Below, piece by piece: positions 1 to 13,503 of a DNA stretch of 64,000 bases. How positions within the stretch are numbered: the first letter of the stretch is position 1; every line of letters begins with the position of its first letter. The notes below the pieces were generated by a model. It was not told where the DNA came from. It did not search any database and saw only the letters and a list, made by a program, of their open reading frames with translations. Location: contig CM035351.1 of assembly GCA_020137815.1 (NCBI GenBank), positions 1,240,001-1,304,000 of the forward strand, given 5' to 3'. Source of the DNA: Hormiphora californensis (lineage: Eukaryota; Animalia; Ctenophora). A program made the translations under genes and the position numbers.

Positions 1-10
1 GTTCGGTTCT

Positions 11-946
11 CTAAAACATGTTGGTGTTAATTCCCTTTAATTTAGCTAGCGACGGATTAGCAGACATGTACTCAGCATACGAATCATGATTACAATTATT
101 AATTTTTGCAATCAGGATTTCGCTCAGCTCCCAGAAATGCCCCAGAGACGGTGCTCCACTCGCAATTGTACTAGCCTTGTACTGCTCCAGGCGTGATTTG
201 AAAGCATCCACACTGCTTGCTTCCTTCACATTAGCTGGAATCTTATTCCAGTAGTTTGCTACTCGATTGGATAGAACTCCATCCCCACGCCCGTCCTTCA
301 GAATCTTTGTACCACTGCGTGAAACTCTGAATAGATCTTTTCCGTAGTCCACTTTGCCAGATGTTATCTTGAACGTCTCAATGAGATCACCTCTCATGCG
401 ACGCTCAAGTAGTGTGGTGAGTTGAAGAATTCTCAGTCTTTCGCTGTAGGGAAGTAATCCAATCCCGTCAATTAGCCGTGTGAAAGAACGCTGTACATCC
501 TCGATCTTCATAATTAGCTTCCAGTATCCGTGGGCTGCAGGTGGGTTCCATACTTGGACAGCATATTCAATATGAGGTCTTACTAGAGTCCTGTAGACAT
601 TCAGCATAACAAATTTGTTCCGGCAAATGAGACTTCTGGTGATCCAGGAAATGACTGATTTTGCCTTGGATACTGCCTTCTCGATACATGTTGTCCAGTT
701 CAGGTCTGAGCTGGTAAGTACTCCTAAGTCCTTCTCAGCACTTACTTCCGGTAGTTGGCAACCATTCATGAAGTACGCGTTTTTCGGGTTGTCTTTACCA
801 ATGTGCAACACCTTGCATTTCCCATCATTCACATTGAAACGAAGGAGCCAGTCCTGTTCCCACTTGTTCAGCTTGTCGATGTCCTCTTGCGCAGTGGGTA
901 TAGAGATTTTAGGGGAGTTTAGCAGGGATTTGAACTTTAAAAACAT
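11..946 (-). mobile_element. 5'-truncated CR1-type non-LTR retrotransposon, C-terminal part of ORF2
   Basis: ORF has CR1/L2-type post-RT motifs: KCKVLHIG, EKDLGV, YRTLVRPHIEYAVQVWNP, LTTLLERRMRGDLIETFKI, NRVANYWNKIP. No YADD, consistent with truncation. Confidence 0.85.
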
Positions 947-2013
947 ACCAACGAATCCTTGATGTTCGCCAGCTTCATAAATCCCTCTCCCAGTTCAGCC
1001 ACAGCCTTTGCTGAAAATATATTTCTTTTAGAACACCTGGGGATAGAATATGTCACCTACTAACTCAGACAATCTATTTAGGGCACTCAGAGGAGTTCAA
1101 GTCAAGATTGAGTGAGGACAGACCACTGTGTTATTCTATCCTGTGTTCTTTAAACCTCGAACTCTGTGATAAAAACCCATGACACCATTGTATGTGGTCG
1201 TAGGACACTCTGATCACTTTATAAGCCATTTCTTTGTCTCTCTCTCTCAATATCTCTCTCTATGTCTCTCTCTCTCTGGTGCCAAGAGCCCCCTTTCTTT
1301 TTAAAGTTAGCATTCGATAAGTAAACACCAGATGTTTTGAAACAGCCGTGTAAGGTGTGCAACTATCACACGGTTATCGGAGAAAGTAATAGTATATTGG
1401 ATGAAGAACAAGTGAAGAATTGTTTACACATGTACATCACTATGTGTATTTTTCTCCAGTTTCATCCCTACAGAAACTGTTTATTTAGCTCTCTCTCTCT
1501 CTTCTACTAAACAAACCTCACCTCTTCTCTTCGCTCTCTTTATCTCTCAAATATCCGATGTAAAAATTTTCCTGAAAGTCCAAACTTCTAGCGGCATTTA
1601 CAATATATTTGTACTGCAGCGTGTGGCGTGTGGTAAGTGATAGAAAACGGAATTTCTAATACTCCGGTGTCACATTACATGAACCAACGTCTCAAGCGTC
1701 CTTGTGTATTATTGCAGGTAGAAATGTAACACAGGCCTCAATATTCAATCGAATACGGAATAGGAGATGTGAGATCTGCTTTTGACTTTCAAATAGCCCC
1801 TTGCATAATTCTGATATTTTCAAACAATGCCACCCTGTCCTCTTGTGCTGGTCACTACAGCAGCACACAGAGCAGGTACTGTCTACACAATACACACAGC
1901 CTCATATTTCCTATCTGCTGTCTTTAGCATTGTTATATACCTCACACACATCTCACACACCGTATGATAATATATGCTCGGTCTTTTTAATATTCCCTGA
2001 CATCCTCTTTATT

Positions 2014-2990
2014 TAGGTGCCGGCAGGCACCTCCGACCCGAAGAAAACAGCAAAAAACGAAAAAAAGAAAAAAAAATTTTTTGCCCTTGCACAAAAACCC
2101 AAAAATGCCGGCCCTATTAAGAACAAAGAAAGGTCTTTTTTTGGGGGGGGGGGGGGGGGGGGGGCAAAAAACATGTCAACGATTGTGGCCACACCGTTTG
2201 AGATATCGACTTGAAATTTTGTAGGCATGTTCTTGTAGTATTCCTTTGTGTCATGACGTTGGCGGATTTTTGAATTTTTAATTAATTAATTAATTATAGG
2301 TAATTAAAAATGGTGCAAGGGCACCGTGCCCTTGCACATTGCGTGTTCTGTCCCTTGCACCGCGCCCTTGCACCAAATTCTATTTTCCGTTCTGCTTAAA
2401 ATATCGACTTGAAACTTTGTAGGAATGTTCTTCAATCATAAAAGATGATCTACAAAAAGTTAGAATAGTCAAAATTAATTAATTAGTTAGTTAGAGCCGT
2501 GCAAAAAATGGAATTTGGTGCAAGGGCAGGCAATGTGCAAGGGCAAATGGTGCAAGGGCAGCCCTTGCACCAATTTTATGATCGAACTGTGTCCACACCG
2601 TTTAATATTTTGACACGAAACTTTCTATGCATGTTCTAGTAGCATAACTACGAGTACTAGAAGAGCCGTATGATTAATATATCAATTAGGTAATTAATTA
2701 TAGGCAAATTAATCAAAATTTGCCCTTGCACAATTTGTGCAAATTTCCCCTGAACATGTGCCCTTGCACCATTTTGTTTGCCCATGCACTAAATTATATT
2801 TTCCGTTCTGCTTAAAATATCGACTTGAAACTTTCTAGGAATGTTCTTCATGCATAAAACATATAATATAATCTACAGAAAGTGGGAATAGTCAAAATTA
2901 ATTAATTAATTACTTAGAGATTAATTTTGGGGTGGCCCCTGCACAATTTTGGCAAATTTGATATTCAAACTTTGAGCCTTTGTGAAAGTA
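2014..2990. repeat. Unclassified non-coding repetitive element with many CCCTTGCAC/GTGCAAGGG motifs and an internal duplication
   Basis: Starts with the palindrome aggtgccggcaggcacct; more than ten cccttgca/tgcaaggg motifs in both orientations; ~2380-2490 is repeated at ~2795-2915. Confidence 0.5.
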
Positions 2991-3563
2991 ATGAAAATTA
3001 TTTATTTCAGGTTATGATGAACAATAAGCTATAAAATCGCCCCTTTTTGTTACACAAGCCTGTGCTTGGTATCGAAGACACCTCACACTCTGTCGCCGGG
3101 CGACCTTCGCGTGCACACGCTGGCAAGGGGTAACTTCGTAACCAAAGCCTGTGCATTGTGCATAATGAAATGGATAAATTTTCATCCAGTTGCTGGCGAT
3201 AGAACTCGATAGAGTTCGATTGATTTACCATGACAACGGAGTTGGTTACCATACTAACCAGAGAATTCGTTGTAAAATAGTCCTTTCTTGCTATAAACTC
3301 GGCCTTTAGATAGAAAATTGATTTTATTCTACTCGCACTAATGCAAGGGCATTTCACAGTTTGGTGCCGTTATTTTTGTCTCTATTTTTAATAGGATTTT
3401 GGGATTACTGATTAGACTGAAAGTATGGGATCATTTGAGAAGTAGTGAAGATTTGAAAATGTTAGCAACTTGCCGGTTCGACAAACTAAACCCATATGAT
3501 TCCAACTTCGGGTCGGACGAGGGGAAGCTTGCCTTTTGCGAACATTTCTACGTACTGTGTGTG

Positions 3564-3615
<52 letters not shown>

Positions 3616-4722
3616 AGAGAGAGGGAGAGATTGTGTGTATTTTCTTACTACGTCACCATCTACCCAACCAAGAAAAAGATCTGATTGTGTTATACACGTC
3701 ACAGGCTAATCGCCGTTTATTTTAACACTATCATACCAAATTCATTCGTAAGCTTTAAAACTTGGCTGTCGAGAGAGAAAAAAGATTCGGCAGTACCTAC
3801 TCAAAAGTTAAATCAAACATTTAGAAACTACTTGAACTATTTCAGTTGTTCACAGTTAGTTGGTTAGTGAACTTACCATAACTGGAATCGCTGCCAATTT
3901 CCACAGCACTCCTAGTCAGTATTTCCCCAACTGTTCGTTCTGTTTGAGGATACTGCATCTCAGCAGCTGTCCCCCTCGCCTTGGCATATGTTGCTTGGGT
4001 TGCCAACTTGGCTCGTGTTACTGTAAAAGTGTGTAAAAGTGTGTAAAAGTGTGGTATATTGGGGCTGACAGTGAAATTTCCAACATTTGGCATCTTGGAT
4101 TATTTCAGTCGGTGTAATAGGGAGATATATTATGAAATTATTACCAGGATTGGGCTGGAGATACTCCATAACTTTATCGTTTAGACTCTCCATACACCGG
4201 GCTGTAGAATCACACCTCTGATGGAAATGTAATTGTTAATAATTAGTGAAAAATAGAAACTTATATTATATGCACTAGTTAACAACTACATAATATCATA
4301 CATTGATAATCTACATCTCTACCAAGATCTAACATTGTAGTCTCACACAAATACACGTGATGATGATGATCATGAGGTACCTTTTCTAACTCAACAAATT
4401 CTTCGTCACAACGGGATCCCTCAGCTTTCCCCATCTTTTCCGAGAGATACTGAAATGGGGGCGTCAATAAGACAATAATAATAATATGTATTACTTTGTC
4501 ATTATACATGTGTATAATACTGTGCCAAAAAGAAATGAGAAAAAGGGGGAAACGAATTGTATCGTTAAATACACACACACACAGTACACACACCTGGGAT
4601 GTTTTTCCAAGGCTCTTCTTAAAGCCGGAAAAAGCCATAGTGATCCCCTTGCGCTAGGAAAGTGGGTGTTACATTAGAGGGCAGTCTTGCATATTATCCC
4701 AAATCTGGAATTGATATGTTAA

Positions 4723-5758
4723 CACTTTTCCCGGTTAGTTAGGGAATATTAGTATATTTTTTCAGCAAAATTTTTAACAAGCTAATTTCTTCACCAATAG
4801 GTCCGGATAGGTGTCTAGTATCACCAAAAAAAAGTACACGATAATCGGAAGTGCGCACACGCGCTGAGCGCGCAAGAAGTAAACACATGTATTTCTAGCC
4901 TGGCACGAAAACCCAAAAACCATCTTAGGAGACGAGTAGAGAAAAAATCAAGGGCACTAGATTGTGTAGCGTCCTCGCATTAGTGGGGGTAGGTGCTGGA
5001 ATTAAGTCTCTATCTCATCTGGTTAATTAGATAATTGGATAATTAGATATGCGCATAACCGTATTTTGGCTATATGGCTATAGCCACTTAGGAATGGTTT
5101 AGAGACTTTTCATTGGTGCCATTTTGTTCAGAAAAAAATTCAATCTAAGAGTTGTGGAAAAATTTAGAGCCTATCTCTTACCGTTTTGGCGTAATTTGCA
5201 GTCAAAGAAGGCCAATTAACTAATTTTTTGGCATTTTCGGCTGATTTGGCATACTTTGACCGCAAATAACGCCAAAACGGTAAGAGATAGGCTCTAAATT
5301 TTTCCACAACTCTTAGATTGAAATTTTTTTCTGAACAAAATGGCACCAATGAAAAGTCTCTAAACCATTCCTAAGTGGCTATAGCCATATAGCCAAAATA
5401 CGGTTATGCACATATCTAATTATCCAATTATCTAATTAACCGGATGAGATAGAGACTTAATTCCAGCACCTACCCCCACTAATGCGAGGACGCTACACAA
5501 TCTAATGCCCTTGATTTTTCTCTACTCGTCTCCTAAGATGGTTTTTGGGTTTTCGTGCCAGGCTAGAAATACATGTATTTACATGTGTTTACTTCTTGCG
5601 CGCTCAGTGCGTGTGCGCACTTCCGATTATCATGTACTTTTTTTTGGTGATACTAGACACCTATCCGGACCTATTGGTGAAGAAATTAGCTTGTTAAAAA
5701 TTTTGCTGAAAACTTGGCCCTTTTTTTACTAAAATCCCCTAACTAGGTAAGGAAAGTG
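4723..5758. mobile_element. ~1-kb foldback/MITE with ~450-bp near-perfect inverted arms
   Basis: 4759-~5210 is the reverse complement of ~5250-5712 (ttcagcaaaatttttaacaagc ... gcttgttaaaaattttgctgaa); degenerate outer arms extend to 4723/5758. Confidence 0.85.
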
Positions 5759-6699
5759 AGATTAAGTTTGTGTAGATTGAGAGCGTGTTGCATGATGCGA
5801 TGTAGAGTGATAAAACATCATAGCAAATAAACATGTGTCTACCTTTGAGCCCCGTGAAGATGATTGTGAAGTGGTGGGTGAGGTGACATTCCGGCGATCC
5901 ATCTCAAATCTGCTTTACAAAGTGAAGGATGAGAATGGAGTATAAGCAATCCGATTGCTTCTGAAAACATTAGATAGAGTTTTATTTGGAATACGATGGG
6001 CCCTCCGAAGCATATTATCGGGAAGTTGGAATACTTCCGCAGAGTACTAGCGACGCATAAATAGTTCTAGGCCTCCTAGTGGAGCCGGTATCTCGTGCCC
6101 AGTGATATCTCCCGTGAATGGTGTCTCGTATGACGTATCCCCGCATGATGTGGTTAAACAGTGGTGCTCTTGGCAAACGCTGCTGGATAAGGCAGCGCTT
6201 TTCAAGTAGTGCTTGAACCAAAAAATTTCGAAATCTCTATCGCTTATAAAAAACGCAAACACAAAAGACCGACACGGGGGTCTCAAATATCAAAACGCAC
6301 ATCCAAGAGGCAAGATAGGTCACAGGGTGAGCCTACAAGCGGGTACTTGGTAAGACGTAAGTGGTACAACAGGAACTGAGAATTTCAACCGGACTAAAAA
6401 TCAAAATCGCGTTTGTTTGGCCAAACAAAAAACACAATTTTTTTTACGAGCTCATATCGCGTTGCGCGCCACGCAATAAAAGCGCTGCATATCCCCGCCG
6501 CGCACTGTAACGAGCAATTGCAATGTAAAACTGCAAATAAATTTTGTCACAAAAAACCGTCCCGTTTTTTTTTCTGGCTGGTGTGACGTCTGTCCCGCGT
6601 CCCCTCATGTGTAGACCCCTCGTTAGGGGCCTACGCCCTACAGGCATATGCCAAATGTGATCAAATAGCGTATTAATAACACCCATTACTCCCATGTAG

Positions 6700-8302
6700 A
6701 TGCTTCAATGGCTGAACGGCGGTGAAAATGTCTTGCTGGAGGTCAACCAGGTGAAACTAAAGAAAGATGATGGAATTCTGTACGTCACAGCTCACCGTAT
6801 CGCCTGGTCTGACATCTCCAACACCTCAACTCCGTCCATTTATTACGATTATGCTCAAGTCAAAGCTCAGCGTATCAGCCCTGATTCTGCTCCTAAAGTC
6901 CGTCTCCAGCTAGTTTTATACGATGATACTACCGTCACTTTTCACTTTAATAACTCTATTTCGGAGAGACAAAAGGCGGAGAGGGAGCGGGTTAAAGAGC
7001 TGCTTGTCCAGTTGCTACAAAAACACAAGAAACCAGCTGCTAATCAAGAACCTTCGAAGAAGCAGATTAGTAAGGAGTTGGAGATGAAACAAAAGATTCT
7101 CCAGAGTTCAGAAGAGATGTTTATCATGTACAAAACCCTGGTCAGCGGAGGGATTATTTCAGCGGAAGATTTCTGGACGATACCACTCGCTGAGCAGCTG
7201 TTGTTAGCAGAACAGAACAGTCAACAAGCGGCTGGTGTTACATTCTGCCTTCATGTCGGAGGCTCGACCAGAGGTAGATGGTTGTAATTCTGTCCAGTAC
7301 AACCTTAACTACAGAAATTATTCAGAGTATTTTTCATACTTACCCCATGATAAAGCTAAAGCACACTGAGCTGGTGCCTGAGAAGATGACGGAGAAAGAG
7401 TTTTGGACGAAATTCTTCCAGTCGCACTACTTTCACAAAGACAAAAACGCTTCCTCCTCCTCAGTCGATCCCTAAAACAGACATTTTCTCAAGTTTAGCG
7501 CAGGTCGACGAGGAGACATCCCTGCAAAAGCTACTCATGGTTGAGGGCAACCCGTTGTTAGATGTTGCCGCTATTGATACCCTCTCAACAGATGACGGGT
7601 TCGGCTATGATTCGGGGCAACAAGAATGCCGGTGCTAAACCTCTCGCTCGAAAGTACAACCATCATAGTTTCATGATCTGCCAGAATTTTAAAGATGATG
7701 ATGAAACACCCGTAGAGGGTAAAGAGAGTCAATCGAGGAAGAAGTTTCTCAAAACTGTGACCACTCAGGAGGATTTATTGAACCCTGTAACTCCAAAACA
7801 TGCCCCGCTCAGTCTATCCAAAACTCCCTCCTCGTCTTCGTCAAGCTTGATTCGGCGGACACTCTCACTTGAAGAGACTGTAGAGAGAATGGAGAGGACT
7901 AAGGAAGATATAAAACAGCTGACACTTGGAAACATGCATCGGTGTATCTCTCCTGAGATTGCTCATAGCACCATGTTAGCCCTGTCGAATCAATCAACGA
8001 GCGGTCCAAAACTACCAAAACCTGGCAGCAACGTGCACGAACTGGTCAGGATAACCTACCTCAATGCATCCCAGATTCTCCGACATTTTTGGCAGTGTTT
8101 CCCTGTAACCACTAGCGCACAGGAGGAGAAAATGGCTAGGTTTGCTGATAGCATTGGGAAGTTTAAAGCAACGACCCTCCAAGAGACACTCAATAAGTTG
8201 CCACCCAAGGAGATTAGACTCCTCAAACATACGATAGATCAGCTAGATCTAGCGTTAAATAAGTTCGAACAAGTAAAGCAAGCCAAAAATGGTCGAAGAT
8301 AG
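6700..8302 (+). CDS. GTF2H1: TFIIH p62 subunit (PH + BSD domains), intronless, split by apparent frameshifts
   Basis: [16 protein letters not shown]...[20 protein letters not shown] (p62 PH domain); ISAEDFW and [15 protein letters not shown] (BSD domains); [10 protein letters not shown] near the C-terminus. Spread over ORFs 6700-7287, 7278-7475 and 7562-8302. Confidence 0.88.
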
Positions 8303-8620
8303 CATTCTGTTATAGGAAAAACTTCTCCATGTGTTTGTAAGGCAACTGTATGTGTGTTTGAGTGTGTGCGTGTGTGTATGTGCGTGTGTAAGTACAAGTG
8401 GCCAAGTGAGAGTGAGAGTGCAAGGTGTGTGTTTGTTATACCGGTATGTACCGGATTGTTCTCCACAAAGTTGTAACTTATTTCACTTTTTAACAACACG
8501 CGTTTATGTTTGTTATAAATCTCCCATTTACCCCCTCCCCCACAGACCCCATCTAAAACCCAAAGTCTTACTTCTCAAAATCCCTCCCACCTAACTCCAT
8601 TTCTCTCCTTTCCTTAGGTC

Positions 8621-10023
8621 ATGTCAGATTCCGAACCAGACAGCCCTGAACCCACAACCGCAACAGAACCGGCCGTTCCTGAGAAACCAGACCCAGAGAA
8701 CCTTTGCAGAGCTTGGCTTGGTTGAGGAGTTATGTTTGGCGTGTAAACAGCTGGGCTGGACGAAAACCCAGTAAGATCCAGTGTGAGGCCATCCCAGTCG
8801 GTCTGTCAGGGCGTGACGTTATCGGTTTAGCAGAAACTGGAAGTGGTAAAACTGGTGCATTTGCCCTTCCCGTCCTTCAGTCCCTCCTAGAGTCACCATC
8901 AGGGTCTGTTTCGCACTTATTCTCACACCCACTCGAGAGCTGGCATACCAAATCTCCGAACAGTTCGAGGCCCTGGGTAGCGAGTATTGGGATAAAATGT
9001 GCGGTGATAATCGGATGGTATCGACTATGATGACGCAATCCATTATGCTGGCCAAGAAACCCCACATCGTCATAGCAACGCCCGGTCGTCTTGTGGATCA
9101 CCTCGAGAACACCAAGGGTTTCTCTCTCCGAACTCTAAAGTATCTTATCATGGACGAGGCTGACCGGATTCTAAACATGGATTTTGAGGAAGAGGTCGAT
9201 AAGATTCTCAAAGTGATCCCAAAACAACGGAACACCTACCTTTTCTCTGCCACCTATGACGAAGAAGGTTGCGAAATTACAGCGAGCATCCTTGCAGAAC
9301 CCATGTAAAGGTTGAGGTTACACACAAGTATGCAACAGTAGATAAACTTCAGCAGTTTTACATTTTCATCCCCCAGAAATTCAAAGAAAATTACCTGGTA
9401 TATATTCTCAATGAACTAGGCGGGTAACTCATTCATGATATTTTGTGGGACATGCGCTAACACAACAAGAATTGCCATCATTCTCAGAAACCTGGGTCTA
9501 AACGCCATTCGCCCTTCACGGTCAAATGAGCCAAACCAAACGGTTGGGTTCCCTCAACAAATTCAAATCAAAAGACCAGAACATCTTGGTCTCGACTGAT
9601 GTGGCCAGCAGAGGTCTGGATATTCCCCATGTAGATGTTGTTATCAACTACTGATATTCCCACACACAGCAAGGATTACATTCACAGAGTTGGAGGACCG
9701 CACGTGCAGGTAGAGCAGGGCGAGCTGTTACATTTGTTACTCAGTATGATGTGGAGCTGTACCAGAGGATAGAGCAGTTGATTGGGAAGAAGTTGCCCAA
9801 GTTTCCCACGGTCGACGAGGAGGTGATGGTGTTGAATGATCGGGTCTCCGAGGCCAAGAGGTTAGCCCACATCGAGGTGAAGGAGTTGCAGTTGAAGAAT
9901 GGAAAGTTTAAGGATAGTCCCCATGGCCAGGAGAAGGAGCAGAAGAGGGTGAATTTGGGACCCCTGAAGAAGAGGAAAGCTGGCGATCGCACGGAAGGAA
10001 AATGGAAGAAGAAAAAGAACTGA
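8621..10023 (+). CDS. DDX47: DEAD-box RNA helicase DDX47/Rrp3, intronless, several apparent frameshifts
   Basis: [97 protein letters not shown]. Confidence 0.92.
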
Positions 10024-10456
10024 AAATGTGGGTTTTTGAGAGAGTTTTAGTGTGATCTCAGCTCAGTGTTTTCTTGTAGGGTGTAACGGAATTAATTTAT
10101 TGACCGATTTTATTCAAACAAATTCAAGTTGTTTTGGAGTGTTACTCTCTCCCAGTCCCCAGATAAATCTTATCCTCCCTGATTACCCAATTAGACTGCA
10201 AAACGAAATGGGAGTGAATTTGAGAACACTCAGATTCCCTGTCTGGCACCGCCGACCCCATCTGAGCGCACTGTTGAGAATCAAATGGGGTATGGCGCCG
10301 CCATACAGCAGATTCCAGTCCTTGACCTTCATAATATCCTCGTCCCTCAATCTTGAATTATCCATTCCCGCTCCCCGCAGATCTCCTGATCCCTCCATTA
10401 TAACTCCCTTTACTACCAATCAGATTCTAACCCACTCCCTCTCCCAGACTGCAGCG

Positions 10457-12005
10457 ATGATTCCACATTTTCGAGGCATCATCACGCCCGTAGTCAGGCC
10501 CCTGACCCGGTCGACCATAACCGTCAGCTGGCCCATCCGTCGGGGAATGGACTACCTAGCATGGAATTACATTGGTACCATTTCCCAACAGGAGCTGAAA
10601 ACAAACCTGCAACGTTACGAGAACAACCCCTTGTACATTCAGAATTATAACACAAAGATCAGGCTAACAAAACGGAACCTAGCACTTCTCATGGGTATTG
10701 ATCCGGAGAAGTTCTCAGATAGCGAGGCAAGTGTTGCTCTTCGGTACCTCTTACCCACTGACATTGGTGAGGGTCGGCCCCAGTTACCTCACCTGAGAGC
10801 CGAGACTTCAGTTGAGGATGAAGTCCGGGCACTCACCTCAAACTCGGGGAGCAAATCTGTTTTTAGAGCGGACAAGTTTAGAGGCAAAGGTCAGGTTTTT
10901 TTGTACATGCACCGGATTGTTGAGGAAGTTGAGAGGGCGATCTCGGTTGAAACGGATGACACGGCTGGAGAGTTTGCTGGTATGATCAAAGAACTGGAGG
11001 GAGTGAGGATGGAATTGGAAGGTAACCCAGAATGTCCAGAACTGCAACAAAAGCTAGCTGAGTTGGAGGGAAACATGGAAATCCTCACGGGGGTGTATCC
11101 GTTCCGAGTTGAACCTAAACTACCCAAATCCATCAAACTGTCTGTGGGGAATCAGCTTGATAAACTGAACATGCTCCTCTCCGGTAGGCCCTCCCTGATA
11201 CTCAATGTGGCTGCCAAACTAACAGGAATTGTGAGGGAAGTGGAGGAACTAGAAACTGTTGGAGAGGAACTAGAAACTGTTGGAGAGGAACTAGAAACTG
11301 TTGGAGAGGAACTAGAAACTGTTGGAGAGGAACTAGAAACTGTTGGAGAGGAACTAGAAACTGTTGGAGAGGAACTAGAAACTGTTGGAGAGGAGTTTGA
11401 GGAGGTGCTATCTGCTGAAGAGGTATTGGGAGATCATGTTGACGAATTCGCATCTTTCAGCGAGCTGAGCGAGGCTGATGACCTCATGGACCTCATAGAC
11501 AGTGAGCTTGGTGACCTTCTAGACAATGAAGTCCCAGATACTCCGGAAAGTTTATCTGAGTTGGAAGAGATCGCAGCAGATACAGCAAGTGCCAGTACCC
11601 TCCGCAGTTTCACCAGTGTGGAGGTGCACCATGTTTGGTTGGCCCACAGCGTCGCAACCCGTCTCCGCCCGGGTACAGGGTGTATCACGGTTAACGGGCA
11701 GTCCTACCTGGACTATTTCCCAACATTCCTCACCAGATCTCTTGTCATAGCTCCCTTCCAGTTATCAGCTACCTTTGGGATGTTTGATGTGGATGTTACT
11801 GTGGAGCAGGAGGGACGGGATGCCGGCAGGAGCCATGCTCTGGCAAAGTGTACAGCCATGTCGATAGCATTATGTCTGAGTAAATTTGATCCGGGGCTAA
11901 GAAAGGCCGCATTCAGGCCGGTGTTCAAGAAACAATTCATGCCGGAGTATAAGAAGGCAGGGAAAAAGGAACTCTAGAGCTCGGTACACCTGGAGAAAGA
12001 GATGA
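10457..12005 (+). CDS. MRPS9: Mitochondrial ribosomal protein uS9m with a large acidic insertion
   Basis: Basic presequence-like N-terminus; NLALLMGIDPEKFSDSEASVALRYLLP resembles the MRPS9 N-terminal motif; S9 domain GTGCITVNG..YF...FDVDVTV; after a frameshift near 11970 the tail reads RARYTWRKR-stop, matching the uS9 C-terminus. Confidence 0.8.
11243..11389 (+). repeat. Coding 21-bp tandem repeat x7 (EELETVG)
   Basis: Seven perfect copies of gaggaactagaaactgttgga. Confidence 0.95.
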
Positions 12006-12178
12006 AGGAGATGTTGTTATCCTGTCGGATGTTGAGGGAATTAAGTTATTGATGTTTTGTACTTATGTAGGGTTTTAAAGCTCTTCAAAGATTGATGTTT
12101 TTCTCGATTAACTTTCTTTTCCCACTGTCCTAGCCCCTAACCTCATTTCTATTTCTCTCAACCACCATTTCAACAGAT

Positions 12179-12974
12179 ATGAACAGGTTGCTATCCCGGT
12201 TGCCACCTCTCCTTACCCAAAGCAGCGTCTCAACATCGTACCGCAGTATCTCAACCACACAGTGTCGAGCAGTGAACATTGTTTTTATCGAGAAGGGCGT
12301 GGAGAGGAATGTGAAGGCGATTAGGGGCGATACACTGATGGAGACAGCTAAAGACAATCAGATAGGTCTACCAGCTGTATGCGGTGGTGAGTGATATTTT
12401 AGATAAACACACATATTTAGCAATAATATAACACTTGGAAGTGTGACATCGAGCATGGTTATCATCATCACGTTATGTTATACACACATGACATTATACA
12501 TGCCATTTGCATTATATGTATTATCCCGCCCCGTACACTCATCACTAGAAATGCCGCTACTTCGTGTGTTTAGTAAGTTCTCACATCTTGCTACACGTCC
12601 CAGGACCCAGCTATTGTTGTACGAGCAATGCACTCATACAACAATAGCTCATTGGGCATTGAGCAGTGCTGAAGGTTTAATTTGACTTCCAAAACTCTCT
12701 ATTCTAAACTCTCCTCCTCCCCCTCCTCCTCTATTCTAAATTCCCCTCCTCCTCCCTCCTCCCTCCAGGAATGTGCGAGTGTTCCACGTGTCATGTGATA
12801 GCAGACCAGGTCACGTGGGATCTCCTCCCAGAGGCAGAGGAGGAAGAGCTGGATGTCCTGGACACAATAAAGGGCGTCCAAGACACATCCCGCCTCGCCT
12901 GCCAGATTGATGTGACTCGTGGTATTGAGGGGGCCCGGTTTACCATACCTGACAGTTTTAGCGATGCTAGGTGA
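12179..12974 (+). CDS. Mitochondrial adrenodoxin-type 2Fe-2S ferredoxin, 2 exons (12179-12386, 12769-12974)
   Basis: GT-AG intron joins AVCGG/MCECSTCHV; SRLACQI; presequence-like N-terminus. FDX1 versus FDX2 cannot be resolved. Confidence 0.88.
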
Positions 12975-13025
12975 TAGTTATAAGATCGGATCACTGTTTA
13001 ATAACCTCAAAATTCTAGGAGATAG

Positions 13026-13179
13026 TAAAGTCGGATTTTTTGAAGTTGTCACCCCCTTTTCGTGCGCGGAATGTTTTTGCGCGTCACATCACATGTTAAC
13101 GTGTGGTGTGCGCATGAAATTTGATAAATTTCACATGCGCGGTCATTTGGGGGTGACAACTTCAAAAAATCCGACTTTA
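13026..13179. mobile_element. ~155-bp MITE with ~30-bp TIRs
   Basis: taaagtcggattttttgaagttgtcacccc ... ggggtgacaacttcaaaaaatccgacttta. Confidence 0.8.
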
Positions 13180-13503
13180 TAACGACATGACGTACCCTGA
13201 ACACCAATAGGTGATAGTTGTGTGATAGTTGTGTGAAATTGATAACTTATTGTTGTGTTTATATGAAGCAAGTTTTGAGACGTCTTTTGAAAGTATTTGT
13301 TTCTTTTCCATTATCGATCCCTAATTCATTTTAAATTCGCCCCAAAGTCCAACAATCCTCCACTTCTCTACTCCCCACTCCGGACTCCCCCTCTCTAGAA
13401 TGAACCAATCCTTCACTCTCTCCCAATCCCCAATATCCCCTCTCTATCTATAAATTATCCAATCCCCCTCCCTAATATCCCTATCTGTATTCCCTCTCTA
13501 GAA

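Noticed and set aside
10052-10456. N-terminal extension of the 641-aa ORF
   Set aside because: Non-ATG start and intergenic composition; an acceptor plus ATG at 10446-10459 gives a better presequence-bearing start.
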